Below, piece after piece: positions 29,088 to 40,681 of a DNA stretch of 43,218 bases; the stretch's first letter is position 1; each line of letters opens with the position of its first letter. The stretch is taken from sequence record SRR20825010_1557; one strand, written 5' to 3'. Made by a program: the position numbers and the translations under genes. The notes beneath the pieces are model-generated. The model searched no databases. It saw only the letters and a program-made list of their open reading frames with translations, and was not told where the DNA came from.

Positions 29088-29624
29088 ATGAGAACCAGAA
29101 CCAGCCCAGCCTTTATTGACTTCGAGGCCTCCAGCCTCGATCTGATCGCCAGCTATCCGATCGAGGTGGGCATATGCTTGCCCGACGGCACCTTGCACAG
29201 CTGGCTGATACAACCCCATGTACTTTGGCAGGACTGGTCAGAAAGTGCCGAGCAGGTTCACGGAATCACCCGGGAAACCCTGGAAACGGAGGGTACACCG
29301 GTGTCGGAGGTTGCGGCACACCTGAACCAGCTGCTCTCGGGGCAGGTATTCTGCGATGCCTGGACGTTTGACAGCTTCTGGCTTCATCGCCTGTTTCGAG
29401 CCGCCAACACCCGCGCCGACTTTCAACTGGAATCCATTTCCATGTTGCTGGATGCCAATCAGGTAAGGCACTGGTCGGCATCGCGTCAGCAGGTTATCAA
29501 GCGTCTGGGGTTGCCCGTGCACAGGGCGGCAAACGACGCGCTTATCCTCCACAGAACCTGGGAAGAGATCCAACTGTTCGCTGCGGACGACGAACCGCTT
29601 CACGGACGCAGCCGGCAGGTCTGA
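29088..29624 (+). CDS. DnaQ-like DEDDh 3'-5' exonuclease domain protein (start 29088 or 29058)
   Basis: FIDFEASSL (Exo I), FDSFWL (Exo II), HRAANDA (Exo III); also SAEQVHGIT. Confidence 0.8.
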   Translation: MRTRTSPAFIDFEASSLDLIASYPIEVGICLPDGTLHSWLIQPHVLWQDWSESAEQVHGITRETLETEGTPVSEVAAHLNQLLSGQVFCDAWTFDSFWLHRLFRAANTRADFQLESISMLLDANQVRHWSASRQQVIKRLGLPVHRAANDALILHRTWEEIQLFAADDEPLHGRSRQV

Positions 29625-29674
29625 GGTTTCCATCATGGAGCACAGCGCGCCGGCATGGAACTCAGCGCTGGGAA

Positions 29675-29926
29675 CTATTTACCTTGGGGACGAGGACTTC
29701 GAGTCACCTTGAGGGCGAGGACTTCGAGGCCATCACGCAAGGTGTTCAGTGTCCAGTAGGTCACCAGCACCATCAGCGCCGCCCCAATGACGGTAAAGGA
29801 AAAATTATCACCCACCATCTGGCTGCGGGCGATGAACAAGTATACGGCGAGCGCGAGGACAAGCAGCACTTCGACTATGGCGTGTGACTGTAACCGGTTT
29901 TTTGCAGATCCGTTTTCTTCGGACAT
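29675..29926 (-). CDS. Small hypothetical membrane protein (two TM helices); start uncertain
   Basis: Two hydrophobic segments, IVEVLLVLALAVYLFIA and FTVIGAALMVLVTYW; fills a gene-sized gap. Confidence 0.6.
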   Translation of the reverse strand: MSEENGSAKNRLQSHAIVEVLLVLALAVYLFIARSQMVGDNFSFTVIGAALMVLVTYWTLNTLRDGLEVLALKVTRSPRPQGK

Positions 29927-30071
29927 CTTACTGGGTTTCAACCTCTCATTTCTGACGATACATTGCATTGATTAGTGTGCAAATTATCGCCAAATATGGT
30001 CCGGGCGTCTGTACGAACTAGTGGCTACGAGGTTTCCACAATGCCGTCAGGAACACACTTTTCGGACGGCC

Positions 30072-30099
30072 AAAAAAAACGCAGCCCCGAGGGCTGCGT
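30072..30099 (-). terminator. Intrinsic terminator (minus strand)
   Basis: Minus strand ACGCAGCCC-TCG-GGGCTGCGT followed by a T run (T8 including the last stem base). Confidence 0.85.
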
Positions 30100-30177
30100 A
30101 TAAAGGAGAGATCCATGCGGTACGCCACAGATAAAAGGTGGGCACCGGAGGATTGCACAACGTAAAACACGTGACAG
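30072..30177 (-). ncRNA. Candidate Hfq-type small RNA (about 105 nt; 5' end approximate)
   Basis: Orphan minus-strand terminator with a U8 tail, an internal hairpin whose G-U pair works only on the minus strand, an anti-SD tract CUCUCCUUU, and a -10-like CATAAT at 30183-30188. Confidence 0.5.
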
Positions 30178-30238
30178 AACAAATTATGATCGCTTCGAGG
30201 AGCCGCGTCTGTAGGGGTTTGCCGAAGCACTCTGCCCC

Positions 30239-30266
30239 TTGCAAAGCCATGGGCACGCGATACACT
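30239..30266 (+). promoter_or_regulatory. Putative sigma-70 promoter for the leader/attenuator transcript
   Basis: TTGCAA-N16-TACACT, about 50 nt upstream of the leader ATG. Confidence 0.5.
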
Positions 30267-30317
30267 GATGACAGTACCGAAACCGATATGCTCGGCAAAC
30301 GATGCCGGAAAAGGCCC

Positions 30318-30413
30318 ATGACAATGCTTCAGAAATACCAGTATCTGATGATTGACGCGATTGCGCACCGCAAGGGTGAGGCGTGTGCGCACTCCATGGT
30401 GAACGACATCTAA
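30318..30413 (+). CDS. Putative leader peptide (31 aa, MTMLQKYQYLMIDAIAHRKGEACAHSMVNDI)
   Basis: Purine-rich GGAAAAGG precedes the ATG; the TAA lies two nucleotides before the first attenuator helix. Confidence 0.55.
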   Translation: MTMLQKYQYLMIDAIAHRKGEACAHSMVNDI

Positions 30414-30415
30414 CG

Positions 30416-30504
30416 GCTTTCGGTCAGTCCCGGGAGCCTTTGGAGCGACCGGGCAAGCTTCTCCGCGAGACCCCGGTTGCCCAGAGCGCCGGGGTTTTGT
30501 TTTT
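30416..30504 (+). promoter_or_regulatory. Transcription attenuator (1:2 hairpin, 2:3 antiterminator, 3:4 terminator with U tract)
   Basis: Terminator AGACCCCGG...CCGGGGTTTTGTTTTT; antiterminator GCGACCGGG/CCCGGTTGC; anti-antiterminator GCTTTCGGTC/GACCGGGCAAGC. Confidence 0.7.
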
Positions 30505-30532
30505 GCAGCCGCAAAACGACAAGGAGAAGATC

Positions 30533-30802
30533 ATGAAGAGACATCCGACAAAAGCAGCAAACCAGCCGGCAAGCAGCCGCACGGGGCCTATTCGGCGCCC
30601 GGAAAAGCTGCCTCTGCTGGATGCCATCTGCAAAAAACTGAACCAGCGCGTCAACCTGGACGACGAACAACGGGTGCTGGGGCTGTATGAGCGAGGCTGG
30701 ATATTCAAGGGTGTTCTGGGCAATCTGAACGATGGCGAAGCACGATACGTGCGTGCTCTTGCCACTCGCTACGGTTCCTGGATCGCCCGCCAGGTTGCGT
30801 AA
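30533..30802 (+). CDS. Small hypothetical protein (89 aa) downstream of the attenuator
   Basis: Strong SD AAGGAG upstream of ATG 30533; protein-like composition (LYERGWIFKGVLGNL...LATRYGSW). Confidence 0.75.
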   Translation: MKRHPTKAANQPASSRTGPIRRPEKLPLLDAICKKLNQRVNLDDEQRVLGLYERGWIFKGVLGNLNDGEARYVRALATRYGSWIARQVA

Positions 30803-30826
30803 TGGGAAACCCGATGGGCCGAACTG

Positions 30827-31240
30827 TCAATGCTGGCGGTTCAGTCCCTGTATCATGGCGGCATCGCCGCCGTGCACCATGGCGTAGTTGTTCACCACGT
30901 CGTGAATTTTTTCCTGGGAATAGGGTTTGACCACGTAACCGTTGGCCCCGGCACTGATTGCTTTCTGGATGCTGTCGATGGAGTCATCCGCTGTCACTAA
31001 AACAATGTGCTGATCCTTGCGCTTGGCCTTGAACTCCTCCATCAACTGATGACCGTTGCCATCCGGCAGCCCCAGGTCCAGCAAGATGATCTGGAAGACG
31101 TCAGCCTCAAAGGCAGCCCTGGCACCCGCAATGTCCGGACACTCAACCACACTGCTTGCACCTGCCGTGTAGAGCATGTCTACCAACCGCTCCCTCATGA
31201 CCGGCTCGTCTTCCACCACCAATATTCTCATATCACTCAT
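30827..31240 (-). CDS. Single-domain (CheY-like) response regulator
   Basis: ILVVEDE, ILLDLGLPDGNG (phospho-Asp), VTA and GANGYVVKPY. Confidence 0.92.
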   Translation of the reverse strand: MSDMRILVVEDEPVMRERLVDMLYTAGASSVVECPDIAGARAAFEADVFQIILLDLGLPDGNGHQLMEEFKAKRKDQHIVLVTADDSIDSIQKAISAGANGYVVKPYSQEKIHDVVNNYAMVHGGDAAMIQGLNRQH

Positions 31241-31285
31241 ACCCCGCCTCCTGATTCTATTTTATACCCGGCCCCACAAGGCACT

Positions 31286-31849
31286 TCAAAGGGAATCACC
31301 GCCGGTTCGCCGGGGAATCGCCAGCGGCTCATGCTGGGCAGTGGCTGGCGCAGGTTCTCCAGTCTCGTCCAGGCGAGCCCCAGCAGTGCGGGACGAACTG
31401 GCGTTTACCCCGCCGGACCGGGTCAGAATATTACTGATACTGACGGCCGTGGTGTAGAGGGAAATCGCGATGATCAGCAGGATAGGCTGAACAAACGCCA
31501 CGAACCCGGGCACTTCGCGATGACCAGCGATACTGAGCATAAGGATGATGGCCGGCCCCAACACTACAAACAGCGTCAATGCGATAAAGAACACAATACG
31601 CTCCTTGAAACGGCCCAAGTCGCGGTTACTGACCAGCCCCAGCACGAATTTTCCGATGGCCAGCCCGGCCAGTATCGCAGCCGCAATGCTCAGATCGGGC
31701 CTGAGTAGCGTCTCATAAAGCTGGCCATCCCATAACCGTTGCATGCTGATGACCAGGAACGGAAAGAGGACAAACAGAATGTCGGCGTAGGTGCCATACA
31801 TCATACTCAGCGAGTGCTGTTCGCTTTGCTGGAGGTTTTCACTCATCAA
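31286..31849 (-). CDS. Hypothetical membrane protein (about 4 TM helices)
   Basis: Four hydrophobic segments; co-oriented between the kinase and response regulator with 39-45 nt gaps. Confidence 0.75.
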   Translation of the reverse strand: MMSENLQQSEQHSLSMMYGTYADILFVLFPFLVISMQRLWDGQLYETLLRPDLSIAAAILAGLAIGKFVLGLVSNRDLGRFKERIVFFIALTLFVVLGPAIILMLSIAGHREVPGFVAFVQPILLIIAISLYTTAVSISNILTRSGGVNASSSRTAGARLDETGEPAPATAQHEPLAIPRRTGGDSL

Positions 31850-31888
31850 TCACGATTCCTGTTTTATCGGTAGCCGAAATGTCGGTTG

Positions 31889-35410
<3,522 letters not shown>

Positions 35411-35548
35411 AATGTGATCTCCGCGAGGGCAGATGCCTTTTTTATGGTTTATTGTCAGCAGTCACGCAGGTGCCGAATGAATTCAGCGGCACCCTGGCTA
35501 AACACTTTAGCGTTTTACCGACAACGACGCATCTCAGGGTCACTTGAA

Positions 35549-36559
35549 ATGAGACATTCCTGCATTTTCGCCACCGTTCCCCTGTTTGCCCTGACATTGG
35601 CCGGCTGTGGGCCAGATGATTCTTCAGACAGTAATTTCATCAACCCGGCAACCAGCGTGGCGTTGACGTTCGAAAGCTTTGATATCCAGAATGAAGATGG
35701 GCTGCCCCCCGTACTGCCCCAAACCATATTCTACGATTTTTACCGGGGCGTTGAGCCCGCTGACGGGGAGGACGACGAGGGAATAGCAACACAGCTGCGT
35801 GAGCGTCTTAATACGCTGATGGGCCTGACGCCAAGCAACGATGGTACCCGCTACACCAGTGCCCGCAATCCGATGGACTTCCTGCAACATGTCATTTCAT
35901 CGAACCAGGTGGACTCATTCAACCGGGGCCGCCGACTGATGCGGGACAGCATGAACAGCGGTGACCCCGCTACCTACAACACACCGGACAAGAACGCGCA
36001 GATCCACTTTACCGAAACCGGTGGCAACAATGGAACCGAGCCTGAACCTGACCAGATCTGGGTCTATCCGCTACTGGACTGGACCAGCAACCCGCAACTG
36101 AACAAGATTTTCCGGTCCTTTCAGTTTATCGCCAGGGCGCCCGATCAGAATGACAGTTCACCGTCAGAGATTGCCAGTGCGTTCTGGAGTGGCCGCTTTG
36201 CAAATGAAAGCTTCTCGGTGAGCGGTTACAACCGGCCAGAGTTTGCGTCGCTGAGTTTTACCGGTCGCTCACTGGGCCACGGGGAACTGTTTCAGGAGTT
36301 CATCAGAAACAAATCAGACATGCTGACATTCCTGGACACATCCGGCATTACAGTTGACGGCCAGGAACCGGACTGCATTCGGGTCAGAGTGGACTATGAG
36401 GCTGCAGAAGTGCGCGTTTTTACATCCAGTGGCGAAGACCCTACCATCGAAGATGACGAAACCGGGGAAACCTCTCCCAATCCGGCACATTGCGGAAACC
36501 AGCAGAACGGCAGCGAGGCCATTTTCTACCAGTCCGTGACTATCGATGAGCGTCAGTAA
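35549..36559 (+). CDS. Hypothetical lipoprotein
   Basis: MRHSCIFATVPLFALTLAGC lipobox from ATG 35549. The ORF-track extension to 35171 overlaps the kinase and is unlikely. Confidence 0.75.
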   Translation: MRHSCIFATVPLFALTLAGCGPDDSSDSNFINPATSVALTFESFDIQNEDGLPPVLPQTIFYDFYRGVEPADGEDDEGIATQLRERLNTLMGLTPSNDGTRYTSARNPMDFLQHVISSNQVDSFNRGRRLMRDSMNSGDPATYNTPDKNAQIHFTETGGNNGTEPEPDQIWVYPLLDWTSNPQLNKIFRSFQFIARAPDQNDSSPSEIASAFWSGRFANESFSVSGYNRPEFASLSFTGRSLGHGELFQEFIRNKSDMLTFLDTSGITVDGQEPDCIRVRVDYEAAEVRVFTSSGEDPTIEDDETGETSPNPAHCGNQQNGSEAIFYQSVTIDERQ

Positions 36560-36807
36560 CCGGTATTGCCCTGCATATCCCAGTTCTTGAGGAACCCCTT
36601 CTTGCGGTCGATCATGCGCTCGTAGGTCGAGATCATGATGGCGGCGTGAGGGGCTTTGGTCAGTCGGAGGGTTTCAATACGGCGCTCAAGGCGCGCCACT
36701 TCGGTACTGACCTGCTGGCAGACGTGGGACCGAACACTGTCGTGATGGTCAAGCTTGACCGGGCGCGGCTGTTCCGGCCCAGGCTGTGGCTGCGTGTGTT
36801 TATCCAT
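36553..36807 (-). CDS. Small hypothetical protein (84 aa, helical/coiled-coil)
   Basis: SD GAGGA upstream of ATG 36807; amphipathic stretch EVARLERRIETLR. Confidence 0.65.
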   Translation of the reverse strand: MDKHTQPQPGPEQPRPVKLDHHDSVRSHVCQQVSTEVARLERRIETLRLTKAPHAAIMISTYERMIDRKKGFLKNWDMQGNTGY

Positions 36808-37172
36808 GATCGTCCTCTTCCACTGAGTATCCAATGATCAATACGCCGAAACCGATGATTCCGCCCATGTTTTAGTGGCTCTTTTTGGCCGGGCTGGAAG
36901 TCCTTTTATCCTTCTGTTTCGTCGGGCTTTTCCAAAGCCTCAGTACATACTGTAGCAGGCTTTGTCCACGTTGTATGATTTGGCGTAATTCTGCACAACT
37001 GTCGGACAAAACTCAATAAAAATGAATAGAGTTTCATATTTTTTTGCAGCGAATACGACGCTGCTACCCAAACTACACGAACAAACCCCTGCTATAGTTC
37101 CCTTCAGATCACCATATATGCGCAGCCATTTGCCGTAACAGCCCCATTCCATCCCGGCCAGGAAGACCGCTT

Positions 37173-37517
37173 ATGAACCAGACATCCGTTGCCGACACAC
37201 TAAGGGAATACCTTTCCCTGCTGGAGCTGCTTGACGATGCGTACTGGGAGGCGAGCTCCATTCAGCACAAGGACATGCTTTACGACATCATCAGCATCTT
37301 CAGTCAGGAAGTGGCTGAGATCAACAAACTCAGCATCATGGACCACCATTACCCCTACGAAGTTATCACTGAGGGAATCCGGCGGGTGGTCCCCAAGCTG
37401 GAGCGGCTGGATGAAAGTCGGGAGGATGTGATCCAGCGAACCCAGACACTCACCGACTTCCGGGATATCCTGTCGTCAGTGCTGGGGATACTGGAGGAAC
37501 AGCTGGCAACCCTTTAA
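37173..37517 (+). CDS. Hypothetical protein (114 aa, helical)
   Basis: SD AGGA upstream; fills the gap between neighbouring genes; protein-like composition. Confidence 0.75.
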   Translation: MNQTSVADTLREYLSLLELLDDAYWEASSIQHKDMLYDIISIFSQEVAEINKLSIMDHHYPYEVITEGIRRVVPKLERLDESREDVIQRTQTLTDFRDILSSVLGILEEQLATL

Positions 37518-37521
37518 GGGG

Positions 37522-38808
37522 TCAGGCCGCCACCAGGGGCCTGCGGTTTTCCGGTATCAACGGAAAACGGTCGCACACTGTGTAGACAAACCGCGCCAGC
37601 GCCGGCAGGTGGTGGCCAACAATGGGGATGCCGGTGTTGAGCAGGCTGACGGAAATGTCCCGGGCTGCATCGGCCCAGCACAGCTTGTTGATCAGACCAA
37701 TGTGACCAAAGGCATGCCTGCTTTGCTGGCCCCAAAGCCCCACGGGGTTGCCTCCAAGCATCATGCCCGCACTGAAGCGCATGGGGATCATCATCGTGCG
37801 GTCAATCTGTAGCGAGCCAAACTGTTGGATGGAGCGCCTCACGGTCATCTCGCTGCAAATACGTTTGCCATTCCAGACCCCACCATTAAGCATCATCTGA
37901 AAGAAACGCCCCATTTCCTCGGCGGTGCCACACAGGTTGCCTGCAGGGATAACCGCCTCCTGGAAGCGGGGATCATTGGAGACTCGTTCCACGGTGCGTA
38001 TATCGCCTCCCAGCGCCCGGTTCACAATCCAGGATACCGGAAAGCGCGGCGTTGGGCCGGTGGCATAGTTGCCGGCCAGCTTATCCACGTCTGCGGGTGC
38101 AATCCCATAGGTAAACCACTTCATACCCATGGGCTTGCGGAGGTGTCGGTCGATATACGCCTCAATGGTATCGCCGGTCACTTTCTCCAGTACCCGCTGC
38201 AACACAAAGCCCCCGGTGATGGCGTGGTACGCCACTTTGGCACCATCCACCTCCACCGGCTTCGCTTCACACAGCAGGCGCCAGATTTCGTCCCTGTCCC
38301 AGAGCACTTCAATGGGGGTTTCCCGGGGAATCGCCGGAATGCCGCCACGGTGGGACAACACCTGGTGAATGGTAATGGTGCGCTTACCACCCCCCGCGAA
38401 CTCCGGGCAGTAATACGACACCGGGTCCATCAGATTGACCAGCCCCTGTTCCGCCAGGATGTGGATTAGCAGGGCCGTGACTGCCTTGGAGGCGGAGAAA
38501 TAGCAAATGGGTGTCTCGGTGGTCATCGGCACCTTCAGCGCGTCCACGGCGTCATGGGGCCCGTTGCCACTGGCATGGCCGATGGCTCGATGCAGGATCT
38601 GTTCGCCCCGGTGCCTGACCGACAGCTGTATGCCCGGATGCACTCCGGTTCGGTACAACCGCTCAACGCTGTGCCAGATGGCCTCGACAACCTCGGGGCT
38701 CACTCCGGCCAGCTCCGGTTTCTCGCCAGCCTCATCGCGGTGGGTTACTGACGCCAGGTCAGTGGGAACGGCGGAGGTGTGGAGCGCACGGCGGGCAATT
38801 CGGTTCAT
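37522..38808 (-). CDS. Serine hydrolase (beta-lactamase-related, family VIII esterase/LipE-like)
   Basis: SxxK motif FSASKA, VLSHRGG, AYHA and FGHIG; probable ATG at 38808. Confidence 0.88.
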   Translation of the reverse strand: MNRIARRALHTSAVPTDLASVTHRDEAGEKPELAGVSPEVVEAIWHSVERLYRTGVHPGIQLSVRHRGEQILHRAIGHASGNGPHDAVDALKVPMTTETPICYFSASKAVTALLIHILAEQGLVNLMDPVSYYCPEFAGGGKRTITIHQVLSHRGGIPAIPRETPIEVLWDRDEIWRLLCEAKPVEVDGAKVAYHAITGGFVLQRVLEKVTGDTIEAYIDRHLRKPMGMKWFTYGIAPADVDKLAGNYATGPTPRFPVSWIVNRALGGDIRTVERVSNDPRFQEAVIPAGNLCGTAEEMGRFFQMMLNGGVWNGKRICSEMTVRRSIQQFGSLQIDRTMMIPMRFSAGMMLGGNPVGLWGQQSRHAFGHIGLINKLCWADAARDISVSLLNTGIPIVGHHLPALARFVYTVCDRFPLIPENRRPLVAA

Positions 38809-38922
38809 CGCTTGACCTTTGATTCCGGAGACTGTCTTTTCGCACATCCTGACGCTGGATATCACCCGGCACATTGGCCGGATAGCGGGCCTGGCTGCGT
38901 CAACTCATCCAGCACATCGTCT

Positions 38923-40473
38923 TCAGGGATTATGGGCTTCCTCGGTCAAGGGTGCCAGTACCACCTGATTGCGGCCATCGGCCTTGGCCTGATACATGGC
39001 CCTGTCGGCCGCCGCGCAGAGGGTATCGGCGCTTTCACCATGGTCGGGAAATACGGAAACGCCGATACTGACGGTCAGTGCGACCGTGTTGCCATTCCCC
39101 AGAGATTGTGGGGCATCACTCACCAGCCGGCGCAGTCGTTCTGCGGTATCCAGCGCCTCGCGATAGTCCATTTCCGGCAACAGGATAACAAACTCTTCAC
39201 CGCCAAACCGACCGACACTATCCGCACTCCGCACGCTCTCTGCCAGCAATGCACTAACCGCCTTCAGCACGGCATCGCCGGCGGCGTGCCCATGGTCATC
39301 ATTGATAGCTTTGAAGTGGTCAAAGTCGATCCACAACAGGGCCAACTCACGGTCGTAACGTTTGGCGCGGGCGATTTCCTCTTCCAATATGCGGGTCATC
39401 TCCCGCCGGTTCAGCACCCCGGTCAGCGAGTCACGGGTTGCCAGTTCCGACAGTTCTTCCTCCAGCTCCTTACGATCCGAGATATCGAGAATAATCCCCT
39501 CGAGTACCAGTTCGCCCTCACCTTCAACGCCCCGTCCACGCTCCCATACCCATATTTTCCGGCCATCCTTACGGGTTATCGGGTATTCAATGGAAAATGG
39601 CTCGGCGTTACCGATGGCGGATTCTACCGTTCGCAGGATGGTTTCATTGCAGGCTTCGTCGATGAGTTTTGCATAGCTGACCAGGCTGTTGTTCACCAGC
39701 TCGTGTGGCTCATAACCGGTCAACTCAAGACAACCGTTGGATACGGACAGCATGGTCCAGAACTCATCGTACCGGCAGCGGTAGGCCATTCCGGGCAGGT
39801 TGTCCATGATTGTGGATAGCTGGCGTTCACGCCATCGAAGGGTGTTCTCCGCTTCGCGGATATCGGTTATGTCCTGGCCGATAGCAATGGAGCCGGTGAT
39901 CTCCCCGGCATCGTTCCGAAGGCTGCGTGAGTTCCACGAGAGCTGACGCTCGCGGCCGTTGCGAGTGGTAATCCAGGTTTCATAACCCACCACCTCGCCT
40001 TCGTCACGTAGGATCTCATTGGCCCTTTCGCGAATTCGCACCCGGTTCTCCTCTTCCGGGTACAACCATTGCCATATTGCATCCGAATCCATGACCTCTT
40101 CTCTAGGATAACCGCTGATATCTTCAGCAGCCTTGTTCCAGAGTACGACCCGACCCTCCGGATCCAGCACATTGATCCATACATTGGCACGCTCAATCAC
40201 GCTTTCGCGGAACTGGTTCAATTCGCGAATCTCTTCCTGCTGACGGACGTTCAGAGACAGCAATGTTCGATCACTCACGAATTGACGGATCAACGACAGG
40301 AAAAGCACGAGCGCAGTCACAAGGACGAAGAACGCTCCTTTGTAGGTCTGGACCCGGCTCAGTGTCTCTGGGTCGGGAAACCACTGCTGTACCAGATAAT
40401 CTGAAAACGTAATCCACAGCCATCCTACCAGCAGATAGATGCCGACAATCCATAGTGATCGCCGCAGTGGCAT
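38923..40473 (-). CDS. Membrane-anchored PAS-PAS diguanylate cyclase (start 40473 or 40497)
   Basis: Two TM helices, two PAS/PAC domains, DSLTG, DFDHFK, RxxD I-site (RSAD) and GGEEF. Confidence 0.92.
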   Translation of the reverse strand: MPLRRSLWIVGIYLLVGWLWITFSDYLVQQWFPDPETLSRVQTYKGAFFVLVTALVLFLSLIRQFVSDRTLLSLNVRQQEEIRELNQFRESVIERANVWINVLDPEGRVVLWNKAAEDISGYPREEVMDSDAIWQWLYPEEENRVRIRERANEILRDEGEVVGYETWITTRNGRERQLSWNSRSLRNDAGEITGSIAIGQDITDIREAENTLRWRERQLSTIMDNLPGMAYRCRYDEFWTMLSVSNGCLELTGYEPHELVNNSLVSYAKLIDEACNETILRTVESAIGNAEPFSIEYPITRKDGRKIWVWERGRGVEGEGELVLEGIILDISDRKELEEELSELATRDSLTGVLNRREMTRILEEEIARAKRYDRELALLWIDFDHFKAINDDHGHAAGDAVLKAVSALLAESVRSADSVGRFGGEEFVILLPEMDYREALDTAERLRRLVSDAPQSLGNGNTVALTVSIGVSVFPDHGESADTLCAAADRAMYQAKADGRNQVVLAPLTEEAHNP

Positions 40474-40628
40474 ATGGCGCCCTTGAATCTTCTCCATTAA
40501 GTCTTTCCCCGGGTTCCGGCTGCTTCCCTGTCGGTGTGAACACCTCGGGCCAAAATCGAAGGCATTACACCCTGAAAATAGTCACAGACGGCGCTGCCGT
40601 CGAGGGAATATTGCAATTGATGAGGCAT

Positions 40629-40663
40629 AAAAAAACCCGGAGGGTGTTTCCACCGTCCGGGTT
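40629..40663 (-). terminator. Intrinsic terminator of the isocitrate dehydrogenase gene
   Basis: Minus strand AACCCGGA-CGGTG-GAAA-CACCC-TCCGGGTTTTTTT, just after the stop codon. Confidence 0.8.
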
Positions 40664-40681
40664 GTGCCAGGCTTTATAAGC

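Noticed and set aside
30115-30165. Plus-strand 16-codon sORF (MRYATDKRWAPEDCTT) after AAAGGAGAG, possible type I toxin antisense to the candidate sRNA
   Set aside because: The peptide is not hydrophobic, and the apparent SD is simply the complement of the sRNA anti-SD tract. G-U pairing and the U tail favour the minus strand. Not fully excluded without Ribo-seq.
30018-30392. Minus-strand ORFs 30018-30392 and 30047-30319, and the upstream extensions of plus-strand ORFs (30138 and 30383 starts)
   Set aside because: They run through terminators and promoter-like elements, lack SDs and are not protein-like; the shorter calls with SDs fit better.
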